DNA from: Candidatus Marinacidobacterales bacterium
GTDB lineage: Bacteria > Acidobacteriota > Vicinamibacteria > Marinacidobacterales > SMYC01
Assembly (NCBI GenBank): GCA_965237955.1
Contig: OZ250169.1
Span: 6,944,001-7,008,000 of the forward strand
DNA: 64,000 nucleotides
Direction: 5' to 3'
The position numbers were made by a program, and so were the translations under genes. The notes beneath the pieces are model-generated. The model had not been told where the DNA came from. It saw nothing but the letters and a program-made list of their open reading frames with translations, and searched no databases. Position 1 is the first letter of the stretch, and every line of letters starts with the position of its first letter. Below, one piece after another: positions 18,414-28,036 of this stretch.

Positions 18414-19219
18414 GACGTTTCCCCGGCCTCGGCTTCGTCAGACGGCGAACGCCGTGGGCCGAAGCGGACATAGTGCAAAAACACCCCTAGGATACCGCCG
18501 ACGAAGACAGCGTTACCGAGCCACTTGAGCGGACCTTGCCAGAGGCGAACCGTCCAGGGGACGGTGGGATCTTTCGGAAGGCCGTAGTCTTCCGGGTGGG
18601 CGGCGTCTTCGAGAACGTAGATCACGTTCGTCCCGCCCACACCGGCCGGGTTGTAGACGCCTGCAGCGGCTTTGCCGTCTTCTCTCAACGTTTCCGCGCG
18701 TTCGTTCGCGATTTGGACGAGATCGTCGCGCGCCCCGAAAGTGAGGCAGTTGGTGGGACACGCTTTGATGCATGCCGGCTCGAGACCGACGGCCGTGCGG
18801 TCCGAGCAGAGGTTGCACTTGTAGACTTTCTCGGTAATCGGACTCAGGCGGGGCACGTCAAAAGGACAGCCGGTGATGCAATAACCACACCCAATGCACT
18901 TGTCGTGGTCGAAGTCGACCGTACCGTTCTCGTGACGGAAGATGGCGCCCGGAGCGGGACAAGCGGTAATGCACCCCGCGTCGACGCAGTGCATGCACTG
19001 GAACTTCGCCATGTGCCACGACAGCCCGCCGTCGGCCTGCTCGATCTCGTTGAACTTGATCACGTTCCAGAAATCATGTCGGAGATCGGGAAACGTCTGG
19101 TAGGTGCCGTCATAGGTCGCGACGGGAAAGGGTTGGTCTTGCCACTCCTGGCAGGCGGCTTCGCATGCCTTACAGCCGATGCAGGTCGTGGTGTCGATCA
19201 ACTTGGCGACGGTAACCAC
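18410..19219 (-). CDS. fdnH: Formate dehydrogenase iron-sulfur (beta) subunit
   Basis: CIGCKACEAAC, CMHCVDAGCITACP, CIGCGYCITGCPF, KCNLC..R...G.EPAC; C-terminal TM. Confidence 0.96.
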   Translation of the reverse strand: MVTVAKLIDTTTCIGCKACEAACQEWQDQPFPVATYDGTYQTFPDLRHDFWNVIKFNEIEQADGGLSWHMAKFQCMHCVDAGCITACPAPGAIFRHENGTVDFDHDKCIGCGYCITGCPFDVPRLSPITEKVYKCNLCSDRTAVGLEPACIKACPTNCLTFGARDDLVQIANERAETLREDGKAAAGVYNPAGVGGTNVIYVLEDAAHPEDYGLPKDPTVPWTVRLWQGPLKWLGNAVFVGGILGVFLHYVRFGPRRSPSDEAEAGETS

Positions 19220-22200
19220 TAGATCTTCTCCATGTTCACCAGGAAACCCTTGTACTCCGGTGTTCCCGAGTTCGGGTCCAACACCGACGGCGTCAGGTTG
19301 TTGACCAGCGGCCCCTTGGTGCGGCCGAGAAAACCCCAGTGGATCGGAAGCCCGACCTGATAGATCGTGGCTCCGGCGACCTGAAGCGGACGGATGCGCT
19401 TGGTGACCATCGCCGGGCCTTCCGCCATGCCTCGCGCCGAGCTCACCCGCACCAGGTCACCGTTTTTGATCCCTTTCTCGGCAGCGAGAGCCTCCGGCAG
19501 TTCGACGAAAAAACTCGACTGCAACATCGAATTGGTCTTGATGTGTTTGGTCCAGAAGTGGAAGTGCTCGGTCAGACGGTAGGTGAGCGCGACGTAGGGA
19601 TAATCTTCGGAGCTTCCGAGCGCATCGTGCTCACCGGTGAAGATCGTCGCCATGGGGTTTGTACCGACCGTAGGGTGCATCGCGTTTCTGACCGGCGACT
19701 CCGCAGGCTCGTAGTGCTCGGGGAACGGTCCTTCGACGAAATCGAGCGCGAACAGCTTGGCGACGCCTTCGGGCAGCATGATGAACGAGCCGAGTTCATC
19801 GGGTGCGGCGTCGGCTTTGTAGTCGGCAACGTCACCGGTGTAGCGGCCACCCCGCCACCGAATGGGAGCGCGGGTTTCATCCCAAGGCTTTCCGTTCGCA
19901 TCGGCGGAGGCACGGTTGTAGAGAACTCGCCGATTCGCGGGCCAACTCCAGCTCCAGTTCGCGTAGAGGCCGAGGCCGGTCGGATCTTCTTGGCCCCGCC
20001 GCGCCATTTGGTTCCCCGCTTCCGTATACGAGCCCGCGTACAACCAGTTGCCGCACCGCGTCGACCCATCGTCTTTCAAAGCCCCGAAGCCCGGCAGCTG
20101 ACGGCCGCTTTTCACCTCTTGCCCGTTGACCTCGCGCGCGACTTCGGTGAGATCAGGTGCGACCGCGTTTCCGTAGTCCCAGGCGATGTTCATGAGGGGC
20201 TCCGGTGACGTCCCCCCCTCGTCCTGGTAGAGCTCTCTGAGCTTCAAGAACAGCCGGGCAATGATTTCTTGATCGGGCTTCGCATCGCCGGGAGGTGGAA
20301 GTGCTTTGTTTTTCCACTGCAGCCAGCGAGACGAGTTGACGAAGGTTCCGTCTTTTTCGGCGAAACATGCCGCAGGCAGCATGAAGACTTCGGTATCAAC
20401 GGCGGCGGCGGAAGGCGAGTCGGGGTAGTACTCGCCCGCGAGCTCGTTCGCTTTCCAAAACGCAGCGGTCTCGGTCTCGAAGTTCTCGACGACGATCATC
20501 CACTTCAACTTCCCCAGCGCCGAGAGCATTTTTTTCGTGTTGGGACCGTTCGCCACCGGGTTCATCCCGAACGTGATCAGACCTTCGAGCTCACCTTTAT
20601 CCATGCGGTCGAAGAAAAATCCCCACCCGTAATTATCGTTTTCGCCGATCTTCGGAAGAAAGTCGTAGCCGTAATCGTTCTCGCGGGTGGCGTTTTCACC
20701 GTAGTACGCTTTCAACAGGCTCACCAGAAACTTCGAGGTGTTGGCCCAGTAGTTCATCGAGTTGGGTCTGAGCGGCGCGGGTGAGTTCGCGCCCACGTAC
20801 TCTGCGAGAGTGCGCCAGTTCGCGCGCGGCACTTTCAGGTAGCCCGGGAGCATGTTCCAAGCGCCCATGTCGGTCGCGCCCTGGATGTTCGAGTGGCCGC
20901 GCTGGGCGTTGACGCCCCCGCCCGGCATACCGATGTTGCCGAGCAGAAGTTGAAGCATGGCCGCGGCATGGATGAGCTGCACCGAGTGGCTGTGCTGGGT
21001 CCAACCGAGCGCGTAGAGAATCGTTCCCGCACGACCCGCGCGACCCGTCGAGCAAATGACTTCGGCCGAACTTTCGAACTCCTCCACGGAACAGCCACAG
21101 ATCTCCGCCACTTTCGCCGCGGTGTAGCGCGCGTAATGCCTTTTCAGAAGTTGGAACACGCTGCGCGGGTGCTCGAGGGTCTCGTCGACACGGGCGAAGC
21201 CGCGCCCATCGCCTTCGAGCTCGTACTGCCAGCTCGCTTTGTCGTAGGACTTCGATTCAGGATCCCACCCGGTGAAGTACCCCTCCTCGAAACCGAACCC
21301 ATCCTTGATGATGAACGATGCGTTCGTGTGTTGCTTGACGTAGTCGGCGTGGTGAAGCCCGTTCTCCAGCGCGTAGTGGATCAGCCCACCGAGAAAAGCG
21401 ATGTCGGTTCCGGAACGGATGGGCACATACGCGTCCGCGACCGCCGCCGTCCGGTTGAAACGAGGGTCGATACAAACGATCTTGGCCTTACGGTTTCGTT
21501 TCGCTTCCATCGCGAAACGAAACCCGACCGGATGGTTCTCCGCCGGGTTTCCCCCCATGACCAGGATGACGTCCGCGTTGGCGACGTCGGTCCAACCGTT
21601 GGTCATCGCCCCCCGCCCGAAGGTGGCGGCCAAACTGGCCACCGTGGGGCCGTGTCAGAGCCGAGCCTGATTCTCGTAGGTGACGAGACCGAGACCGAAG
21701 CGGAACTTGCCGAGCAGATAGTTGACCTCGTTGGTGTCGGTGCAGCCGCCGATGAGAGCAACGTTGTCGAGCCGGTTGACGGTGCGCCCGTGGTCGTCTC
21801 GCTCGACGAAACCAGTGTCGCGCGAGTCTTTGATGCGACGCGCCATCCGCTCGATGGCGTCATCCCAGGAAATCGTTTCCCACTCGCTCGCACCGGGAGC
21901 GCGGTAGAGCGGTTTGGTCAGGCGCCGATCGTTGACGACGTACTGCTTGAGCGAGATGCCCTTCGAGCACAGGGTTCCCCGGTTGATCGGGCTTTCGGTA
22001 TCACCTTCTATGTGGATGACGGTCGGCTCGACGTTTTTGGCGCGATCGCCGAGCGTGTGGATCACGACGCTACAGCCCACCGCACAATACGGGCACACGC
22101 TCGTGGTCTGCGTCGTGCGGGCGATCTTGAGCTCTTTCGCGCGCGCTTGGGCACGGCTGAGATCGAAACCGAAGGCGGTGGTCGCGAGGGCGGTCGCACT

Positions 22201-22233
22201 AGCCTGAAAGAACTGTCGCCGCGAAAGATCCAC
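19219..22233 (-). CDS. fdnG: Formate dehydrogenase-N/O alpha subunit, selenocysteine-containing
   Basis: Tat signal SRRQFF; CPYCAVGC...C; in-frame TGA at 21655-21657 within NQARL-U-HGPTVASL joins ORFs 21655..22233 and 19219..21642. Confidence 0.96.
21622..21657 (-). promoter_or_regulatory. Bacterial SECIS element after the Sec codon of fdnG
   Basis: UGA CAC GGC CCC ACG GUGGCCA GUU UGGCCGC: hairpin with a G-containing apical loop at the usual position after UGA. Confidence 0.85.
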
Positions 22234-22311
22234 TACGCCCCTCCGGTATCAGACTTGGTACCACGCGTCATGGGTGGCTGTCAAAGCGGACAATCGCCTA
22301 TACTTTCGTCC

Positions 22312-23030
22312 ATGCACGCCAAACTGGCAGGGTTGGTTCTCGTCGCCGCGATCGCCGCGTGTGGTGAGCCGGAACGAGGCGTCCCCGAAGACGGCGCGTC
22401 GATCCACGTGCTGTTCGACGAGCGGCACGGTCTCGAAGGTGGCGAGCTCGTCCGCTTGCACGAGTTCGATATCGGTGTCGTGGAGGCGGTCGATCTCTCG
22501 CGCTCGCGCGTGCGCGCCACCGTGAGCCTATCGCCCGAAGCCCTGGCCAATCTGACGACCGCGACGACATTCATCGTCAAGGAGGAGGAGGACAGAGCGC
22601 GCTACCTCGAGACCTACATCCTAGACAAAGACGCCGAGACCCTCGTCGACGGGGCGAGCGTGGACGGCGCCGACGGGAGCCTCGAGCTCATGGCCATGCG
22701 CGCGAGCGCGGCGGCAGGCAATCTCGCCGACGACGCTCGATCGTCGGAGTGGTGGGGCAAGGCCTCCGAGCTCGTCGACGATATGAAACAGGAGCTCGAC
22801 GAGATCGACTGGAGCGAAGAAGAGAAGGAGCTCCGCGAGCAGTGGGAGGAGACCGTCGAGCAAATGGACGAAGCCGTCAAGGCCAAGAGGAGCTGGACGC
22901 CTTTAGGGCAAGACTTGATAAGCTCGTGAAAAAGCTCGAAGAGATGGGACGCTCCGACGAAGCCCAAAAGCTCAAGGAGCGTTTCGGAAAACTGATCTAT
23001 GAGCTTACCGAGCTTACCGAGGGATACTGA
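22312..23030 (+). CDS. MlaD/MCE-domain lipoprotein with helical C-terminus (frameshift near 22885)
   Basis: Lipobox IAAC; F....GL..G..VR.....IGVV..V MCE pattern; continues in another frame as EELDAFRARLDKLVKKLEE. Confidence 0.7.
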
Positions 23031-23056
23031 GCTCTATTTGGGTTACGATAGCCGCG

Positions 23057-23176
23057 GTGGAACCACTCGAGAATCCCGAAAAGCAGGCGCCCCTTGGAAA
23101 ATGGATCCCTTATCTTTGGATCCCGCCCGTCGCGTTGATCGTGATCTTGGGTCTATTCGCTTATTGCGCCCGCTGA
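23057..23176 (+). CDS. Small 39-aa membrane protein (below ORF-track cutoff)
   Basis: MEPLENPEKQAPLGKWIPYLWIPPVALIVILGLFAYCAR; TACGAT -10-like box 7 nt before GTG; stop 1 nt before the next ATG. Confidence 0.55.
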   Translation: MEPLENPEKQAPLGKWIPYLWIPPVALIVILGLFAYCAR

Positions 23177-23177
23177 T

Positions 23178-23831
23178 ATGACGAGCTTCGCTACCGACGT
23201 CACTGGCTGGCTGTTGATCGCCGCTGCGGCGATGCTTTGGGTCGGGTGGACGCTCTTGCCCGTCCGCATCGGAGCGTTTTTCCACTGGGACGACTTTCCC
23301 CGCGTTCGTCAGCGCTTACACCTGTGGATTTGGCTCTTTCGGATTCATCTTTTCGGACACGTCATGGCGGTGATGGGGCTGGTCGCACTTGCAACCCTGT
23401 TGTCGGAGTCACCGATGCCCATCGTGCTGTGGCCCGGCGTCGTGGTCTGTATCGGTGGCCTTTTCGTCGCGGCGCTCGGGCAAGCGTTCTACTACCACTT
23501 CGGCGCCTGGGGTGCGATCGACATGGACGGCAAAACGGAAGATGAGCGTAAGGAGTTCGTGGCCAAGCTCGCGGTCTCGACCGAGTACATCACTTGCCTC
23601 GTGCGTTTCGGCCGGGTGTTCTTCGGCCTCGGCCAGGCCGTGCTCGCCGCGGGTCTTCTCTACGGTAGCCTCTTGCCTTCGTGGCTCGGCATCACCGCCG
23701 CGATCCTGGGCGTTGCCGCGATGGCGCTGACCATGGGCCTCCCCGACAGCCTCGACCTCTACAAGATCATCTTCCACCTCAACGCGGTTTGGCTCGCGGC
23801 CGTCGGCTACACCGTGCTCGGGATCGCATGA
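23178..23831 (+). CDS. Hypothetical integral membrane protein
   Basis: About 6 hydrophobic helices; ATGA overlap with the next gene. Confidence 0.8.
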   Translation: MTSFATDVTGWLLIAAAAMLWVGWTLLPVRIGAFFHWDDFPRVRQRLHLWIWLFRIHLFGHVMAVMGLVALATLLSESPMPIVLWPGVVVCIGGLFVAALGQAFYYHFGAWGAIDMDGKTEDERKEFVAKLAVSTEYITCLVRFGRVFFGLGQAVLAAGLLYGSLLPSWLGITAAILGVAAMALTMGLPDSLDLYKIIFHLNAVWLAAVGYTVLGIA

Positions 23832-24185
23832 TCGCCGACCAAATCGCCGAGTTGACCCGAAGCGTCGACGCATTCGCCCGATGCGTCGCGTCGCTCGACG
23901 AAGGCGCGTTCCTGAAACCTCTTCGCCGCTGGACACCACGCGACATCGTCGCGCTGCCGTTTTACGACGTCGATCCGGGAGAAGACTTCGCACGACCTTC
24001 TCGAAGAGCTCCGCGGCTCGGAGCGGGAGCTCACCGCGTTTCTGCGCTCGGTCGACGAAAGCGCCTGGGACCGTGATTTCGGCGTGCGGAACGAAGGCGC
24101 GCCCATTCCCGTCCGCAGTACCGTCGACGACCTCATCGCCGACTACGCGCACCATCGAGAGCAGCTCGCTGCCCTCGCGCACTAG
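23828..24185 (+). pseudogene. DinB/ClbS-like four-helix-bundle gene with internal deletions/frameshift
   Basis: WTPRDIVA lacks the following His motif; the C-terminal part (LIADYAHHREQL) is in another frame. Confidence 0.6.
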
Positions 24186-24187
24186 TC

Positions 24188-24203
24188 TTCAGGCGACGCC
24201 TTC
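24188..24203. repeat. 16-bp direct repeat, copy 1 (TTCAGGCGACGCCTTC)
   Basis: Identical to 28021-28036. Confidence 0.9.
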
Positions 24204-24580
24204 CTTTCGGCTCTGCGTGCGGGCGCTATGACCTTTTCGACGGGTAGATACGGTCTGGCCATCGCCTCGTCAGGCGAACGACGGTGCTTGATGCAAAGGC
24301 TGGCGGGTGCTCTGGGCACCAGGTTCTTCCGGCAGCGCAGATGCTAACGTGGTGCGCAAGCTGCGTCCACGTCAAACGAAGACTGTGGTGGCGGCGGCGG
24401 CGTGACTCCGGACGTGAGAAAAAATCGCGTTTCCCAAGGGAGATGGGGTTGGTTGGTCCACACTTCTGTCAACTAGGGGGTCGGGTCCGCGCGGTACGGA
24501 TTCACCCGATATCGTATCGGCGTTTCGTTGGTGCGTATTGCTAGCGCTTTAACAAGTCGGGCTGCGTGTGCTCAACGCGC

Positions 24581-26147
24581 TCACGTCGGCACGAGTGTCG
24601 ATACCATCTTCGGCCTCCAGCGGAGGCGAATCCACTGCAAGATATCGTAGGTGAGGGCGACCCACAGAGATTCAGTGCGCACTTTGGCGACTCCGCGCAC
24701 GCTAAACTGCCGCAGGCCGAACTTGGTTTTGATCCAGAGATTCGGAAACTCGGCCACCTGCGAGCGTGTCTTATAGATGGCCTTGGCTTCGTCGGTCTGC
24801 ATCTTCTTCCGGAACGCGGCTATGTCGGGCAAGAGTTCGCGCCGCTCGATCGAGCGGCCGTGCTGCGTACGAGGACAACACTGCTCTTTGGCCGGACACG
24901 TCTGGCAGTCTTGCTTAGACGCCTTATATCGATAGCGCATCGTGCCATGGCTTTCCTGCTTGGCGTCGTAGCGTAAGTGCTTGCCCTGCGGGCACACATA
25001 CGTGTTGGTCTGCGTATCGAAGACAAACTTCGACGCCTCGTATTCCGCTTTCACGCCGTGGTGCTTATACGACTTGCGCCGATTGGCCTCTGCTGCCTTG
25101 TTCTCGTGGTCGGGGCCGACGAGATCGATGCCGCGCTTCGCCATCTCCGCGATGTTGTTGCTACTAATGTAGCCTCCATCTACGACCATCTGCTCGGGCC
25201 GCACGCTGCATGCTCTGCTCAATCCGTTCTATGGCCGGCGTCAGCTGCTGATAATCGCTACCGGCCTGCGTGGCATCGATGTCGACAATCAGGCCGTGTG
25301 CGGCATCCGTTGAGACTTGGACGTTGTAGTTAGGTGCGGAGCCGCCCTCGGCTTGCTTCATCACCCGCGCGTCGGGATCGGTCGTGCTCACGCGGTCTAT
25401 GCGGCTTTTCGCGGCTTTCAGCTTGTCATACTCCTTCAACGCTGATTCTAGACGATCCTGTCTCTCTCGCCTGGCGCGTTGCTGCGCTGCCTGCATCTGC
25501 CGGCTCGATTCCTCCTCCGTCTGGGCGTTGAGAGTCTCTACCGCCTCACGCGCCTGCTCCAGACACTCTTCGACCGTCGGCTTGCGGCGAAATCCACTCG
25601 ACGAAGCGTTCGCGCGCACCTTCGTCCCATCCAGCATGACTCGCTCGAGCGTGATCAATCCGTCCGAACTCAGAACTCCCAGAGCTTGCACAAACAACTC
25701 GTCCAGGATCTCCCTATGAATCATCCGAAAGTCCGACAGCGTGTGCGCACTGATGCTCTGCATTCCGCTGAGCCATTGATACGCCGGATGATGTTCGCAC
25801 AGCCGCTCAACCGCGCGGGCCGAACTCACGGCTTGGCTGTAGCTGTAGACCCACAGGCTCACCAGTAGCTGAGGATCAAACGCAGGCCGGCCTGCGCCAC
25901 CCGCGACCGAGCGGACTTGATCCGTGTACCCGCTGAGATCCAGCCGACCCACGAACTCCCAGATCGCACGCGCTGGGTGATCCTCTGGGATCAAACGCTC
26001 CACGTCGACCGTCCGCAGCAGCAGCTGCGCCCTATCGACCACCTTCAACCGAGCTTGTGTCACGCGCGCTCCCTCATCGCCGTCATCACCATCGCTGCGT
26101 TTTCGCGGACTCGGAAAGCCTGGAAGTGACGTTTGCTTATCACCCAC
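24581..26147 (-). CDS. IS1182-family DDE transposase (one-base frameshift near 25200)
   Basis: LIPEDHPAR, GRPAFDP, SSAR..ERLC, LDGTKVRANAS, STTDPDARVMK, YNVQ, VDGGY, CPQG, C..CP....C, R..VAEFPN. Confidence 0.9.
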
Positions 26148-26343
26148 GTTTACCCCGCTTCCTCCCACGCTTTGCCTTAGGCGTCCGACGCACAATCAGT
26201 GTGTTTCGATCCTCCACCACCCACTCCAGCTCCTCGCCCGGCTCCATCTCTAGCGCCTGGGCTAAAGGTGACGGGTAAATCACATAGAACTGACGGGTGT
26301 CGTTGGCTCGCTTGATCACCTGCAGCTTTGTCACGTATCCCAT
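26140..26343 (-). CDS. AbrB/MazE-like small DNA-binding protein carried by the IS
   Basis: 67 aa; Q.YVI.P..LAQALEMEPGEELEWVV swapped-hairpin pattern; overlaps the transposase start; TTGACT...TATAGA promoter next to the IR. Confidence 0.75.
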   Translation of the reverse strand: MGYVTKLQVIKRANDTRQFYVIYPSPLAQALEMEPGEELEWVVEDRNTLIVRRTPKAKRGRKRGKRG

Positions 26344-26401
26344 GCTGGTCACTCTATAACATAGCTGCACCGCTAGTCAAGCTTAATTTTTTCTCACGTC
26401 C

Positions 26402-27494
26402 TCCGTCTAGACGGAGTTGAAGTGTCGATTGCGGTTCACGCACGCGGTCCGCTGAGCGACGGTAGCGGTCCATCTTGTCTTTGCCGAAGTCCAGCTCAGC
26501 CATGTAACCGTTATGCGTTTTGCAAGCGAGCCGAATATTTTCAGCGCTTCGATCGCCGCCGACGCCATAGGGCTCGTCGTGGTGGAACTCCAGTCCCTCA
26601 CGCGCCGGGCAGCGCCTGCCGTCGTGGGTCTCATACGTGCATTGCCCCTTGTCGCGCTCCCATACGAAGCGCCTCACCGGGGCGGAGAGACCGCGCACAC
26701 CGGGCGACGTGTCGGCTTCTTCGAGGCTCTTTCTCGGCTTTTTCGTCTTGCCGAAGCGCTTGGCTTCGAGCCGTTCGAGTTTCTCTGTCACGGCCGCTTC
26801 CATGATCGAAGCGAGGTCTGCGCCAGGCATGAGCGCGGAGAGCCGATCGATTTTGTCACGGAACTCGGCGCTCGCCGTGAACTGGACTTTGTAACGCGCG
26901 GGGGCCAGCGGCTCGACGACCGCCGGCTTCGCAGGTACTACCGGAGCAGGAGCTGGCGGAGGGGCCTGACAATTCTGTCCGACTCGGTCTGGACCGGGCT
27001 CGTTCAGCGTTTGTGGCGCGGGCTTCACTTGCCGTGCCGGCAGCTTGCGAACCACCGACGGGACATCCGGCTTCGGCGCGATCTCGGCCACCAGTTCTTT
27101 GATCGCGTCCTTGGTCTTGTGAATGGCCCGAGTCAAAAGCTCATCGCAATTGGCATTCGTTAGATGCGGTGCCAGCACGGAGATGCCACTCAAGTGGAGA
27201 CGTCCATCCTCGAGCATCGTCAGGAGCACGGGATATTCGCGCTCCGTTCAATGCTCGTGCCGCCGCGATCCGCAGATACGCCTCTGCCTTCGACAGGTGC
27301 AACACATCGACGCAATATTGGAACATCGAAGGCGACGCTTCTCGCGCATACAGTCTGCGCGCGTCGACTTCGGCGATGTGCGCGACAAGCACGGACTCCA
27401 CGCGTCGCGACTGCGCCAACACATCCGACAGTCGACGGAGTAGCTCATCATCGGAAAAGCGCGCAAGCGATTTCAATTCTTCTTTGTTCATCAT
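26402..27494 (-). CDS. DUF222-like HNH endonuclease (frameshift near 27245; last ~20 codons displaced to 24344-24406 by the IS)
   Basis: SDDELL..L...LVAHIAEVDARRLY, DGRLHLSGI, V.RFVWERD.GQC...RC....LEFHH..P...GG.....NI.L.CKTHN. Confidence 0.85.
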
Positions 27495-27674
27495 GCGTTT
27501 CTTATAGCATGGACTTTTTCGACGCTCGGAGTTGCCGCGTGTCGGGTGTAAACACGTCGAGAGACTTTCGAAGTCATCTCGAGCAAAACGATGCGCTTGT
27601 CGCTTCTCTAGCGCGTGCACAGACGTATTACAGATCGTGTCTGCGATTCTTATCGGGTGGCTTCGAAAAAGCTG

Positions 27675-28004
27675 TCAAGCAAGTCGTGATCTTTTTTCTT
27701 TGCATCCGTCTGGACGGAGTTCAAGAAGCTTGCGCATCACCGGCGGAACATCCGGCTTCGGTGCAATCTCGGCCACCAGCTCGAGGATCTCGCGTTTGGT
27801 CTTGTGGGTCGCTCGAGCTAAGAGCTCATCACAATTCTCGTCCGTCAGATGCGGTGCCAGCTCGACGATGCCGCTCAGGTGCAGACGTCCATCCTCGAGC
27901 ATCGTTAGCAGCATCGGATGTCTCCGCGACGCACGGGCTACGCCTATCCGCAGATAGGCCTCGGCCTTCGACAAGTGCAACACATCGATGCAGGACTGAA
28001 ACAT
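27675..28004 (-). pseudogene. Second, truncated copy of the DUF222-like HNH gene
   Basis: MFQSCIDVLHLSKAEAYLRI...APKPDVP is closely similar to the N-terminal part of the adjacent copy; lacks the first ~50 codons and the HNH domain. Confidence 0.85.
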
Positions 28005-28020
28005 CGAAGTGGCAGGTTTA

Positions 28021-28036
28021 TTCAGGCGACGCCTTC
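28021..28036. repeat. 16-bp direct repeat, copy 2 (includes the stop codon of the GGDEF-ATPase gene)
   Basis: Identical to 24188-24203. Confidence 0.9.

Larger units (their letters stand above)
24411..26400 (-). mobile_element. IS1182-family insertion sequence (1990 bp) with accessory ORF
   Basis: 15-bp perfect terminal inverted repeats GACGTGAGAAAAAAT (24411-24425 / 26386-26400); 5-bp target duplication CTCCG (24406-24410 / 26401-26405). Confidence 0.92.

Noticed and set aside
21655-21657. Premature stop suggesting an fdnG pseudogene
   Set aside because: It is the selenocysteine codon, with a SECIS hairpin immediately downstream
20893-22311. Long + strand ORF antisense to fdnG (similar cases: 3648-4832, 9757-10599, 38662-40380, 59441-60292)
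   Set aside because: Shadow ORFs caused by GC-rich codon bias; no motifs. Only the part from 22312 is a real gene.
25164-25222. Programmed frameshift in the IS1182 transposase
   Set aside because: No slippery heptamer; it looks like one extra G in a short run, as at other sites in the window
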